Under the pieces are notes generated by a model that was not told where the DNA came from, did no database searches, and saw only the letters and a program-made list of their open reading frames with translations. A DNA stretch of 32,000 bases from Xylanibacter ruminicola 23 (GTDB lineage Bacteria; Bacteroidota; Bacteroidia; Bacteroidales; Bacteroidaceae), in the NCBI RefSeq assembly GCF_000025925.1, contig NC_014033.1:1440001-1472000 (forward strand), in the 5' to 3' direction. Both the position numbers and the translations under genes were made by a program. Every line of letters begins with the position of its first letter. The stretch's first letter is position 1. Positions 23,288-30,927 of this stretch are shown here, piece by piece.

Positions 23288-26200
23288 ATGGCTAAAGAAA
23301 AGAAGTTTATCACCTGTGATGGTAACGAGGCTGCAGCTCATGTGAGCTATATGTTCTCGGAGGTAGCTGCTATCTACCCCATCACCCCGTCTTCGCCAAT
23401 GGCGGAGCATGTTGACGAGTGGGCTGCACGTGGTCGTAAGAACCTGTGGGGCCAGAACGTCTCAGTTCAGGAAATGCAGTCAGAGGCTGGTGCTGCCGGT
23501 GCCGTTCACGGTTCGCTGCAGGCTGGTGCTCTCACCACTACATTCACCGCATCTCAGGGCTTGCTCCTGATGATCCCTAACATGTACAAGATTGCTGGTG
23601 AGTTGATTCCTTGCGTATTCGACGTATCTGCCCGTACGCTGGCTTCACACTCTCTGTGTATCTTTGGCGACCACCAGGACGTAATGGCTTGCCGTCAGAC
23701 CGGTTTTGCTATGTTCTGCTCAGGTTCAGTTCAGGAGGTTATGGACCTTACCGCTGTTCCTCACCTGGCTACCCTCGAGACTATGGTTCCATTCGTAAAC
23801 TTCTTCGATGGTTTCCGTACCTCTCACGAGTATCACAAGATTGAGATGATGGACATGGAGGATATCCGTCCTCTGGTTAAGGAAGAGTACATCAAGCGTT
23901 TCCGCGATCGTGCTATGAGCCCTGAGCGCCCTGTAACACGCGGTACCGCCGAGAACCCCGAGACCTTCTTCACACACCGCGAGGCTAGCAATCCTTACTA
24001 CGATGCAGTACCCGAGGTAGTAGAGAAGTACCTGGGCGAGATCTCTAAGATCACCGGCCGTGAGTACCACCTGTTCTCATACTACGGAGCCGAGGATGCC
24101 GATCGTATCATCATCCTGATGGGTTCGGCTACCGATGCAGCTCGCGAGGCTATCGACTACCTGAACGCAAACGGTCAGAAGGTTGGTATGATCTCAGTTC
24201 ACCTGTATCGTCCATTCTCAGTTAAGCACCTGCTGGCTGCTGTTCCTAAGACAGTTAAGAAGATTGCCGTTCTGGATCGTACTAAGGAGCCAGGCGCTAA
24301 CGGCGAGCCTCTGTACCTCGACGTGAAGGATGCCTTCTACGATGTTCAGGATCGTCCAGTTATCGTTGGCGGTCGCTACGGTCTTGGTAGCCGCGACACC
24401 ACACCTGCTCAGATCATCAGCGTGTTCAACAACCTCGCTATGCCCGAGCCAAAGAACCACTTCACAGTTGGTATCGTAGACGATGTTACCTTCACCTCTC
24501 TGCCTGAGGTTGAGGAGATTGCCCTGGGTGGTGCTGGCATGTTCCAGGCTAAGTTCTACGGTCTGGGTGCCGATGGTACCGTAGGTGCTAACAAGAACTC
24601 AGTTAAGATTATTGGTGACAACACCGACAAGTACTGCCAGGCTTACTTCTCTTACGACTCTAAGAAGTCGGGAGGTTTCACCTGCTCTCACCTGCGTTTC
24701 GGTGATACACCTATCCGCTCTACCTACCTGGTAACTACACCTAACTTCGTAGCTTGCCACGTTCAGGCTTACCTGCACATGTACGATGTTACACGTGGTT
24801 TGCAGAAGAACGGTCAGTTCCTGCTGAACACTATCTTCGACGCCGACGAGCTCGAGAAGTTCATGCCTAACAAGGTAAAGCGTTACTTCGCACAGAACAA
24901 CATTACTGTTTATACCATCAACGCTACTAAGATTGCTCAGGAGATTGGTCTGGGTAACCGTACCAACACTATCCTGCAGAGTGCCTTCTTCCGTATTACA
25001 GGCGTAATCCCCGTAGAGCTGGCTGTTGAGAAGATGAAGGCTGCTGCCTTGAAGTCTTACGGAGCTAAGGGTCAGGATGTTGTAGATAAGAACTATGCCG
25101 CTATCGATCGTGGTGGTGAGTATGTTCAGCTCACAGTTAAGCCTGAGTGGGCTAACCTGGCTGACGACGCTGAGAAGCAGGACGATGCACCCGCATTCGT
25201 TAAGGAGCTGGTTCGTCCTATCAACGCACAGGCCGGTGACTTGCTGAAGGTTTCTGACTTCGTTAAGCACAACACCGTCGACGGTTCTTGGGAGGTTGGT
25301 ACAGCCGCTTACGAGAAGCGTGGTGTTGAGGCCTTCGTTCCTGTTTGGAACAAGGACAACTGTATCCAGTGTAACCAGTGTGCTTACATCTGTCCTCACG
25401 CTGCTATCCGTCCATTCGTTCTCGACGACGAGGAGCTGAAGGGCTTCGCAGCTGCTGCTGATACTCTCGAGATGAAGGCTCCTGCCGCTATGAAGGGCAT
25501 GCACTTCCGCATCGAGACTTCAGTACTCGACTGTCTGGGTTGCGGTAACTGTGCTGATATCTGCCCAGGCAATCCTAAGACTGGTAAGGCTCTTACCATG
25601 GCTCCATTCAATCCTGATGCTGCCGATATGGTTCAGGAGGCTAAGAACTGGGAGTACCTGGTTAAGAACGTTAAGAGCAAGCAGAACCTGGTTGACATCA
25701 AGAGCAATGTTAAGAACTCACAGTTCGCTCAGCCTCTGTTCGAGTTCTCTGGCGCTTGCTCTGGTTGCGGTGAGACTCCATACGTTAAGCTGATTTCTCA
25801 GCTGTTCGGTGATCGTCAGATGATTGCCAACGCTACTGGATGTTCTTCAATCTACTCTGCTTCTATTCCTTCTACACCTTACACCAAGAACGAGAAGGGT
25901 CAGGGTCCTGTATTCAACAACTCTCTGTTCGAGGACTTCTGCGAGTTCGGTCTGGGTATGGCTCTTGGTAACAAGAAGATGAAGGAGCGCGTAGCTAAGC
26001 TGCTGCAGGAGATGATCGACGGCAACGCCAGCGACGAGTACAAGGCACTTGCTCAGGAGTGGATTGCTAATCAGGACGACGCTGAGAAGACTAAGGAGAT
26101 TGCTCCAAAGCTTCGTGCTTGCATCGCCGAGAGCGCTGCTAAGGGCTGCCCAGTTTGCAAGGAGCTCCAGACTCTGGATCACTACCTGGTTAAGCGTTCA

Positions 26201-26863
26201 CAGTGGATCATCGGTGGTGACGGTGCCTCTTACGACATCGGTTACGGCGGTCTCGACCACGTGATTGCTTCTGGCGAGGATGTTAACATCCTGGTACTCG
26301 ATACCGAGGTTTACTCTAACACCGGTGGTCAGGCTTCTAAGGCTACTCCTCTTGGTGCTATCGCACAGTTCGCTGCTCAGGGTAAGCGCATCCGCAAGAA
26401 GGATCTGGGTATGATTGCTACCACTTATGGTTATGTATATGTAGCTCAGATTGCTATGGGCGCCGACCACGCACAGACCCTCAAGGCTATCCGCGAGGCT
26501 GAGGCTTGGCACGGACCTTCAATCATCATCGCCTACGCTCCATGTATCAACCACGGCTTGAAGGCCAAGGGCGGTATGGGTAAGAGCCAGGCCGAGGAGA
26601 AGAAGGCTGTTGAGTGCGGTTACTGGCACCTGTGGCGTTTCAACCCAGCTCTGGCTGAGGAAGGCAAGAACCCATTCTCTCTCGACTCTAAGGAGCCTAA
26701 CTGGGAGAACTTCCACGACTTCCTGCTTGGCGAGGTTCGCTACCTGAGTGTTAAGAAGGCTTATCCTAACGAGGCCGAGGAGCTCTTCGCTGAGGCTCAG
26801 CGCATGGCTCAGCTCCGTTACAAGTCTTACATCCGTAAGAGCCAGGAGAATTGGGAGGACTAA
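23288..26863 (+). CDS. nifJ: Pyruvate:ferredoxin (flavodoxin) oxidoreductase
   Basis: 1191 aa. N-terminus MAKEKKFITCDGNEAAAHVSY...IYPITPSSPMAE, two 4Fe-4S motifs (CIQCNQCAYICP and CLGCGNCADICP), and a TPP-binding region GGDGASYDIGYGGLDH. Confidence 0.95.
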   Translation: MAKEKKFITCDGNEAAAHVSYMFSEVAAIYPITPSSPMAEHVDEWAARGRKNLWGQNVSVQEMQSEAGAAGAVHGSLQAGALTTTFTASQGLLLMIPNMYKIAGELIPCVFDVSARTLASHSLCIFGDHQDVMACRQTGFAMFCSGSVQEVMDLTAVPHLATLETMVPFVNFFDGFRTSHEYHKIEMMDMEDIRPLVKEEYIKRFRDRAMSPERPVTRGTAENPETFFTHREASNPYYDAVPEVVEKYLGEISKITGREYHLFSYYGAEDADRIIILMGSATDAAREAIDYLNANGQKVGMISVHLYRPFSVKHLLAAVPKTVKKIAVLDRTKEPGANGEPLYLDVKDAFYDVQDRPVIVGGRYGLGSRDTTPAQIISVFNNLAMPEPKNHFTVGIVDDVTFTSLPEVEEIALGGAGMFQAKFYGLGADGTVGANKNSVKIIGDNTDKYCQAYFSYDSKKSGGFTCSHLRFGDTPIRSTYLVTTPNFVACHVQAYLHMYDVTRGLQKNGQFLLNTIFDADELEKFMPNKVKRYFAQNNITVYTINATKIAQEIGLGNRTNTILQSAFFRITGVIPVELAVEKMKAAALKSYGAKGQDVVDKNYAAIDRGGEYVQLTVKPEWANLADDAEKQDDAPAFVKELVRPINAQAGDLLKVSDFVKHNTVDGSWEVGTAAYEKRGVEAFVPVWNKDNCIQCNQCAYICPHAAIRPFVLDDEELKGFAAAADTLEMKAPAAMKGMHFRIETSVLDCLGCGNCADICPGNPKTGKALTMAPFNPDAADMVQEAKNWEYLVKNVKSKQNLVDIKSNVKNSQFAQPLFEFSGACSGCGETPYVKLISQLFGDRQMIANATGCSSIYSASIPSTPYTKNEKGQGPVFNNSLFEDFCEFGLGMALGNKKMKERVAKLLQEMIDGNASDEYKALAQEWIANQDDAEKTKEIAPKLRACIAESAAKGCPVCKELQTLDHYLVKRSQWIIGGDGASYDIGYGGLDHVIASGEDVNILVLDTEVYSNTGGQASKATPLGAIAQFAAQGKRIRKKDLGMIATTYGYVYVAQIAMGADHAQTLKAIREAEAWHGPSIIIAYAPCINHGLKAKGGMGKSQAEEKKAVECGYWHLWRFNPALAEEGKNPFSLDSKEPNWENFHDFLLGEVRYLSVKKAYPNEAEELFAEAQRMAQLRYKSYIRKSQENWED

Positions 26864-26886
26864 TTTTTCCTGAATAGTATATTAAG

Positions 26887-26919
26887 AGAGGTGGGGCTCA
26901 AAGAGTTCCACCTCTTTTC
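26887..26919 (+). terminator. Rho-independent terminator after nifJ
   Basis: Stem AGAGGTGG (26887-26894) / CCACCTCT (26908-26915) with a 13-nt loop, followed by TTTT. Confidence 0.7.
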
Positions 26920-26932
26920 ACAAAAACACTAA

Positions 26933-28054
26933 ATGACAATGAAAGCAAAGCAACTAACTATCTTACTAATGTGGCTCACTACTGCATTCGGCGCGAGTGC
27001 AGCTACAACCGACGAGCAAACACTCATCAACGAGTGGAAGGACTCAGTACGTACCGTGTTTGCCGATGCCTACCGCAATAAGGTGCTGGTAAACGACAGC
27101 CTCACCATGAAACTGCATTGGAGCATCTATGGCCCCAAGCCAGCCGATGGCTACGCTCTGTACATCTCGCTGCATGGCGGTGGCGGCGCCCCTGCCGAAC
27201 TGAACGATCAGCAATGGGAGAACCAGAAGCGACTGTATCGCCCACAGGGTGCCGTTTATCTCAGTCCGCGAGCCATCACCAACACATGGGACCTTCATTT
27301 CCGTCCTGAGGACGACACGTTCTACCGTCAGATTATCATGATGATGCAGGCCTACTGCGATGTAAATCCCAACAAGGTTTACATCATGGGTTACTCGGCC
27401 GGTGGCGATGGCGTGTGGCGCCTTGGTCCCCGCATGGCCGACCATTGGGCAGCCGCCTCGATGATGGCTGGTCACCCAGGCGATGTGTCGCTCCTGAATC
27501 TGCGTAACACCCCATTCATGATCTGGTGCGGACAGCTTGATGATGCCTACGATCGTGTGTACCGTTGCCAGGATCGTATCGTAGAGATGGACTCGCTGCA
27601 CGCAGCCGATCCCGAGGGCTACATTCACGAAGGACATATCGTTGAAGGCAAGGGCCATTGGATGGATCGTGTTGATACCGTGGCTGTTACGTGGATGGCC
27701 AAGTATCAGCGTAACCCCTACCCTAAGCGTGTGGTTTGGCATCAGGCCGATGTGGTTACCCCATACTTCTACTGGCTCTCAGCCCCCGTTAACGAGCTAT
27801 CGCGCGAAAAGGAGGTACGCGCCCAAATAGATGGCAACACCATAACCATCACCCGTTGCGACTATTCGCAGCTCACACTCTCGCTGTGCCAGGAGATGGT
27901 AGATCTTAAAAAGCCCGTTACCGTTATGTATCAGGGCCGCAAGCTGTTCAAGGGCAAGGTAAAAACCCAGCCCGGCACCCTGCGCCGCACCCTTTACCAG
28001 CGTAACGATCCGGCTTACATGTTCCCCGCCGAAATTACGGTAAAAATCAAGTAA
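26933..28054 (+). CDS. Secreted alpha/beta hydrolase (putative esterase)
   Basis: Signal peptide (LLMWLTTAFGASA), oxyanion-type HGGGG, nucleophile elbow GYSAGGDG, and candidate acid and His residues (CGQLDDAYD, GKGHWMD). Substrate is unknown. Confidence 0.65.
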   Translation: MTMKAKQLTILLMWLTTAFGASAATTDEQTLINEWKDSVRTVFADAYRNKVLVNDSLTMKLHWSIYGPKPADGYALYISLHGGGGAPAELNDQQWENQKRLYRPQGAVYLSPRAITNTWDLHFRPEDDTFYRQIIMMMQAYCDVNPNKVYIMGYSAGGDGVWRLGPRMADHWAAASMMAGHPGDVSLLNLRNTPFMIWCGQLDDAYDRVYRCQDRIVEMDSLHAADPEGYIHEGHIVEGKGHWMDRVDTVAVTWMAKYQRNPYPKRVVWHQADVVTPYFYWLSAPVNELSREKEVRAQIDGNTITITRCDYSQLTLSLCQEMVDLKKPVTVMYQGRKLFKGKVKTQPGTLRRTLYQRNDPAYMFPAEITVKIK

Positions 28055-28060
28055 TAAGAG

Positions 28061-28957
28061 TTATAAGGCCATCGTTTTCCAGATGGCAATACTCTCATTC
28101 ACCATTCTGATAAACTCTCGAGCGGCTGCCTTCTGGTAGCCGTTCTTTAGTGTATGTATGCAGCCCTCCATAACATTACCTTCGGCTATGATGGGTATAG
28201 CCGTAAGCCCGTCCTCGTCGATAACCGACGCTTCGGAGAGTACGGTTACATACTTGGTCTTGTACATGAATTTAAATATCAGGTTTACGTTGTTTATCTC
28301 GGCCTTCAGATTATACTCCAGTCCGCTATGGGCCGTCATACGGTCGAATGCATTACGTGCCTGCAAGCCCTTAGTGGGCAGCACCAGCGGATAGCGCTGC
28401 AGGTCCTCAAGCGTCATACTCTTTTCGCCAGCCAAGGGGTGCTCATGGTTCACTACAGCTGCCAGACGGGTGTTAAACAGCAGTCGGCTCTCTATGCGCG
28501 GGTCGGCCTCGTTGGGTTTGAAAGCCAGCACCAGGTCGAGTTCATGGCGCAACAGGCGCTCAATCAAGTCCTCCATCGACGAGTAGCATACCGACAGCTT
28601 TACCTTAGGATGCTGTCGCATAAAATCGGTCATCGTCTCAGCCATAATGCTGCTGAACGAGAACGTTACGCCAATGTTCAGCTCGCCGGTAAGCAGCTGT
28701 TTCAACTCCTGCAGGCGCAGCACACAGTTATCTACCATGTGTATGCTCTCACGGGCCATCGGCAGCAGTATCTCGCCGGCCTCGGTAAGCATCACCTCAT
28801 GACTGTTGCGCACAAACAGCTGCTGGTTAAGCTCCTGCTCCAGGTGGAGAATCTGCTGCGACAATGTGCTCTGAGTGATAAACAGCTCGCGGGCTGCCTG
28901 CGAGAAATTAAGCGTTTCGGCCACACGTAGAAAGTGTCTAAGCTGACGGATTTCCAT
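28061..28957 (-). CDS. LysR family transcriptional regulator
   Basis: N-terminal HTH MEIRQLRHFLRVAETLNFSQAARELFITQSTLSQQILHLEQEL and a LysR substrate-binding C-terminal half. It is divergent from a transporter operon. Confidence 0.9.
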   Translation of the reverse strand: MEIRQLRHFLRVAETLNFSQAARELFITQSTLSQQILHLEQELNQQLFVRNSHEVMLTEAGEILLPMARESIHMVDNCVLRLQELKQLLTGELNIGVTFSFSSIMAETMTDFMRQHPKVKLSVCYSSMEDLIERLLRHELDLVLAFKPNEADPRIESRLLFNTRLAAVVNHEHPLAGEKSMTLEDLQRYPLVLPTKGLQARNAFDRMTAHSGLEYNLKAEINNVNLIFKFMYKTKYVTVLSEASVIDEDGLTAIPIIAEGNVMEGCIHTLKNGYQKAAAREFIRMVNESIAIWKTMAL

Positions 28958-28991
28958 GATATATACCTTATTAAATTAATGTTTGCGCGTG

Positions 28992-28999
28992 CAAAGTTA
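28992..28999 (-). promoter_or_regulatory. Bacteroidota -7 promoter box (TAACTTTG) for the LysR gene
   Basis: The minus strand reads TAACTTTGCACGCGC, 35 nt upstream of ATG 28957. Confidence 0.5.
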
Positions 29000-29013
29000 C
29001 AAAAAATATGCAT

Positions 29014-29083
29014 TTGCCAACACGTTCGGCTATCGTTTTTACCGATAGCCGCATTCGTCTTGACATAAATTGCCACGTTCGGC
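29014..29083. promoter_or_regulatory. Candidate LysR operator region: direct repeat TTGCCA(AC)ACGTTCGGC x2 plus the 9-bp inverted repeat CGGCTATCG/CGATAGCCG
   Basis: TTGCCAACACGTTCGGC at 29014-29030 and TTGCCACGTTCGGC at 29070-29083. The inverted repeat arms are at 29027-29035 and 29043-29051. Both CGTTCGGC copies are followed by ATAGCC within 10-20 nt. The region lies between two divergent -7 boxes. Confidence 0.45.
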
Positions 29084-29124
29084 ACAAATCATAGCCAATT
29101 GCGTGCCAGGTGCCCAAAAAGCCG

Positions 29125-29132
29125 TACCTTTG
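29125..29132 (+). promoter_or_regulatory. Bacteroidota -7 promoter box (TACCTTTG) for the RCK_C/ThrE operon
   Basis: GTACCTTTGCACCC lies 49 nt upstream of ATG 29181. Confidence 0.55.
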
Positions 29133-29180
29133 CACCCGGAAAAAGAAAAGTAACTGTTTTAATATAATTAATTAGGTATT

Positions 29181-29510
29181 ATGTCTTCAAGTTGGTTTAT
29201 TGTTTTAGGAGAACTATCTGTGTTATTCATCTGCCTCTACTGGTACCTGCAACACAACCACGAACGCAAGTTTGCTGTAGTCATCGAGCACGACAGCATC
29301 GAGGGGCTGACGCTGGGTAAGGTAGAAGAGTTGATAAGTCGCCGTTTTGTGGTGCGCGAGATTCGATTGGCTGACTCATCGAATTGTATCGTGCACCCCG
29401 ACGACGACACGGTGCTGCACCACGGCGACCATTTGCTGATACAAGCGCGTCCGCACGAGATAGAGCCAATAATCGCCTTTCTGGGACAACGCGAAAACAC
29501 CACTAAATGA
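29181..29510 (+). CDS. Small membrane-anchored protein with an RCK_C (TrkA-C)-like domain
   Basis: One N-terminal TM helix (WFIVLGELSVLFICLYWYL), then IEGLTLGKVEELISRRFVVREIRLADSSNCIVHPDDDTVLHHGDHLLIQARPHEIEPIIAFLG, which follows the TrkA_C pattern (G-x-T/S-L..L..., then P..D/T-x-L..GD.L). Its stop overlaps the next start (ATGA). Confidence 0.6.
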   Translation: MSSSWFIVLGELSVLFICLYWYLQHNHERKFAVVIEHDSIEGLTLGKVEELISRRFVVREIRLADSSNCIVHPDDDTVLHHGDHLLIQARPHEIEPIIAFLGQRENTTK

Positions 29511-30817
29511 TGATTCAGGATAATTTGCAAATGAGGCTGGACCTGCTGCTCCGTACTGGATGTTTGTTGATGGAGAGCGCGGCAGATACCAGTCGTACCA
29601 TGAGAACCATGAAACGAGTGGCGGCTTATTTAGGGCTGCCACTCGACAGGTTACATATCTACATTGTTTATAACATGCTGATGGTAAACCTGAGTGACGG
29701 CCAGCGCTCGTTCACCAAGTTCCAGCGTGTTGAGCGGCATGGCGTTAATCTCGACACCCTGCGCCAGGTGAGTCACCTGTCGTGCGAAGCGCTGCGCCTG
29801 CATTATCAGCTGGATCGCTACCGGCAGGAGCTTGATTACATAGCCCGCCAAAAACGCAACTACTCGCCTTGGCAGGTGGCTGTGGGTGGCGGACTGGCCT
29901 GTGGCGGATTCTGCATTCAGTTCGGATGCGACTGGACCGCTTTTTTCTATGCCGCTCTGGCTGCCATCATGGGTTTGCGCCTGCGCATGTATCTGAACGA
30001 GAAAGGCAGCAATGCCTACGTGAACATCGGCATCGCCGCCTTTGTATCCACGCTTCTGGCCTGGGTGTGCAGTCTGCTGTCGGTTTATGCCCAAGCAAGC
30101 AGCTGGCTGCCGTCGGTACTCGTATCCTCTACCCCCTGGCACCCGTTGTTGGCCTGCGCCCTGTTTATCGTGCCCGGCGTACCGCTCATCAATTTCGTAA
30201 GCGACATGCTCTCGGGGTTCACCCAGGTGGGCATGACGCGCGCCGTTAACACCCTGATGATGCTGCTGGCCATGGCCTTCGGTATTGCCTTTGCCATCCA
30301 GGTGTGCGGCATCGACAACTTTGCCAAGGATCTGCCGATGACGCCCCATCACAATTACCACGAATATATGCTGGCTGCAGCCATCTCGGCCATTGGTTTC
30401 TCGATGATTTTCAACACCCCGCGCCATCTTATGTGGGCGGTGGCCTTAGGTGGCATCATCAGCGTTTGCACGCGCAATTTCGTTAATCTCGGTCCATCCA
30501 GCGGTAACATCGGACTGGACCAAGGCCTGGTAGTAGGTTCGTTTGCAGGTTCGGCAGTAGTCAGCATCATCTGCTGTGCGCTCGTTCGCCAGCTGCACAC
30601 GCCCCATCAGCTGCTCAGCATCCCCAGCGTCATCCCCATGATTCCTGGTGTGCTCATGTATCGGGCCCTGTTTGCCTTTATCAACATGCACGGCATCGAG
30701 GGCGAGGTAACAGTAGCTATGAACAATGCCATCCAGGCCTCGCTCACCATCCTGTTCATCGCCCTCGGTGTTGCCATCCCCAACATCTTCTTCCGAAGGA
30801 TGATTGCGGCGAAATAA
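29507..30817 (+). CDS. Threonine/serine exporter family protein (fused ThrE N- and C-terminal modules)
   Basis: N-terminal cytoplasmic segment LLLRTGCLLMESAADTSRTMRTMKRVAAYLGL is typical of ThrE/DUF1212. About 10 TM segments follow, and the second half resembles the ThrE_2/DUF3815 module. Confidence 0.7.
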   Translation: MMIQDNLQMRLDLLLRTGCLLMESAADTSRTMRTMKRVAAYLGLPLDRLHIYIVYNMLMVNLSDGQRSFTKFQRVERHGVNLDTLRQVSHLSCEALRLHYQLDRYRQELDYIARQKRNYSPWQVAVGGGLACGGFCIQFGCDWTAFFYAALAAIMGLRLRMYLNEKGSNAYVNIGIAAFVSTLLAWVCSLLSVYAQASSWLPSVLVSSTPWHPLLACALFIVPGVPLINFVSDMLSGFTQVGMTRAVNTLMMLLAMAFGIAFAIQVCGIDNFAKDLPMTPHHNYHEYMLAAAISAIGFSMIFNTPRHLMWAVALGGIISVCTRNFVNLGPSSGNIGLDQGLVVGSFAGSAVVSIICCALVRQLHTPHQLLSIPSVIPMIPGVLMYRALFAFINMHGIEGEVTVAMNNAIQASLTILFIALGVAIPNIFFRRMIAAK

Positions 30818-30856
30818 AGGTATAATATAGTTATTTAAGTAATCGTAACCAAAACG

Positions 30857-30889
30857 TAGCCTGTAATATTTGCAGGCTAATTACTTTTT
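30857..30889 (+). terminator. Rho-independent terminator after the exporter gene
   Basis: Stem TAGCCTG (30857-30863) / CAGGCTA (30873-30879), followed by ATTACTTTTT. Confidence 0.6.
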
Positions 30890-30892
30890 GCG

Positions 30893-30900
30893 TATCTTTG
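30893..30900 (+). promoter_or_regulatory. Bacteroidota -7 promoter box (TATCTTTG) for the Na/Pi cotransporter gene
   Basis: GTATCTTTGCCACC lies 28 nt upstream of ATG 30928. Confidence 0.55.
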
Positions 30901-30927
30901 CCACCGAAATCATTAAAATACAAAACT

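Noticed and set aside
28958-29180. A possible invertible (phase-variable) promoter in the 223-bp LysR/exporter intergenic region.
   Set aside because: The long repeats there are direct, not inverted. The only inverted repeat has 9-bp arms with a 7-nt spacer, which is not a flanking pair. No site-specific recombinase is nearby. The region is better explained as LysR operator sites.
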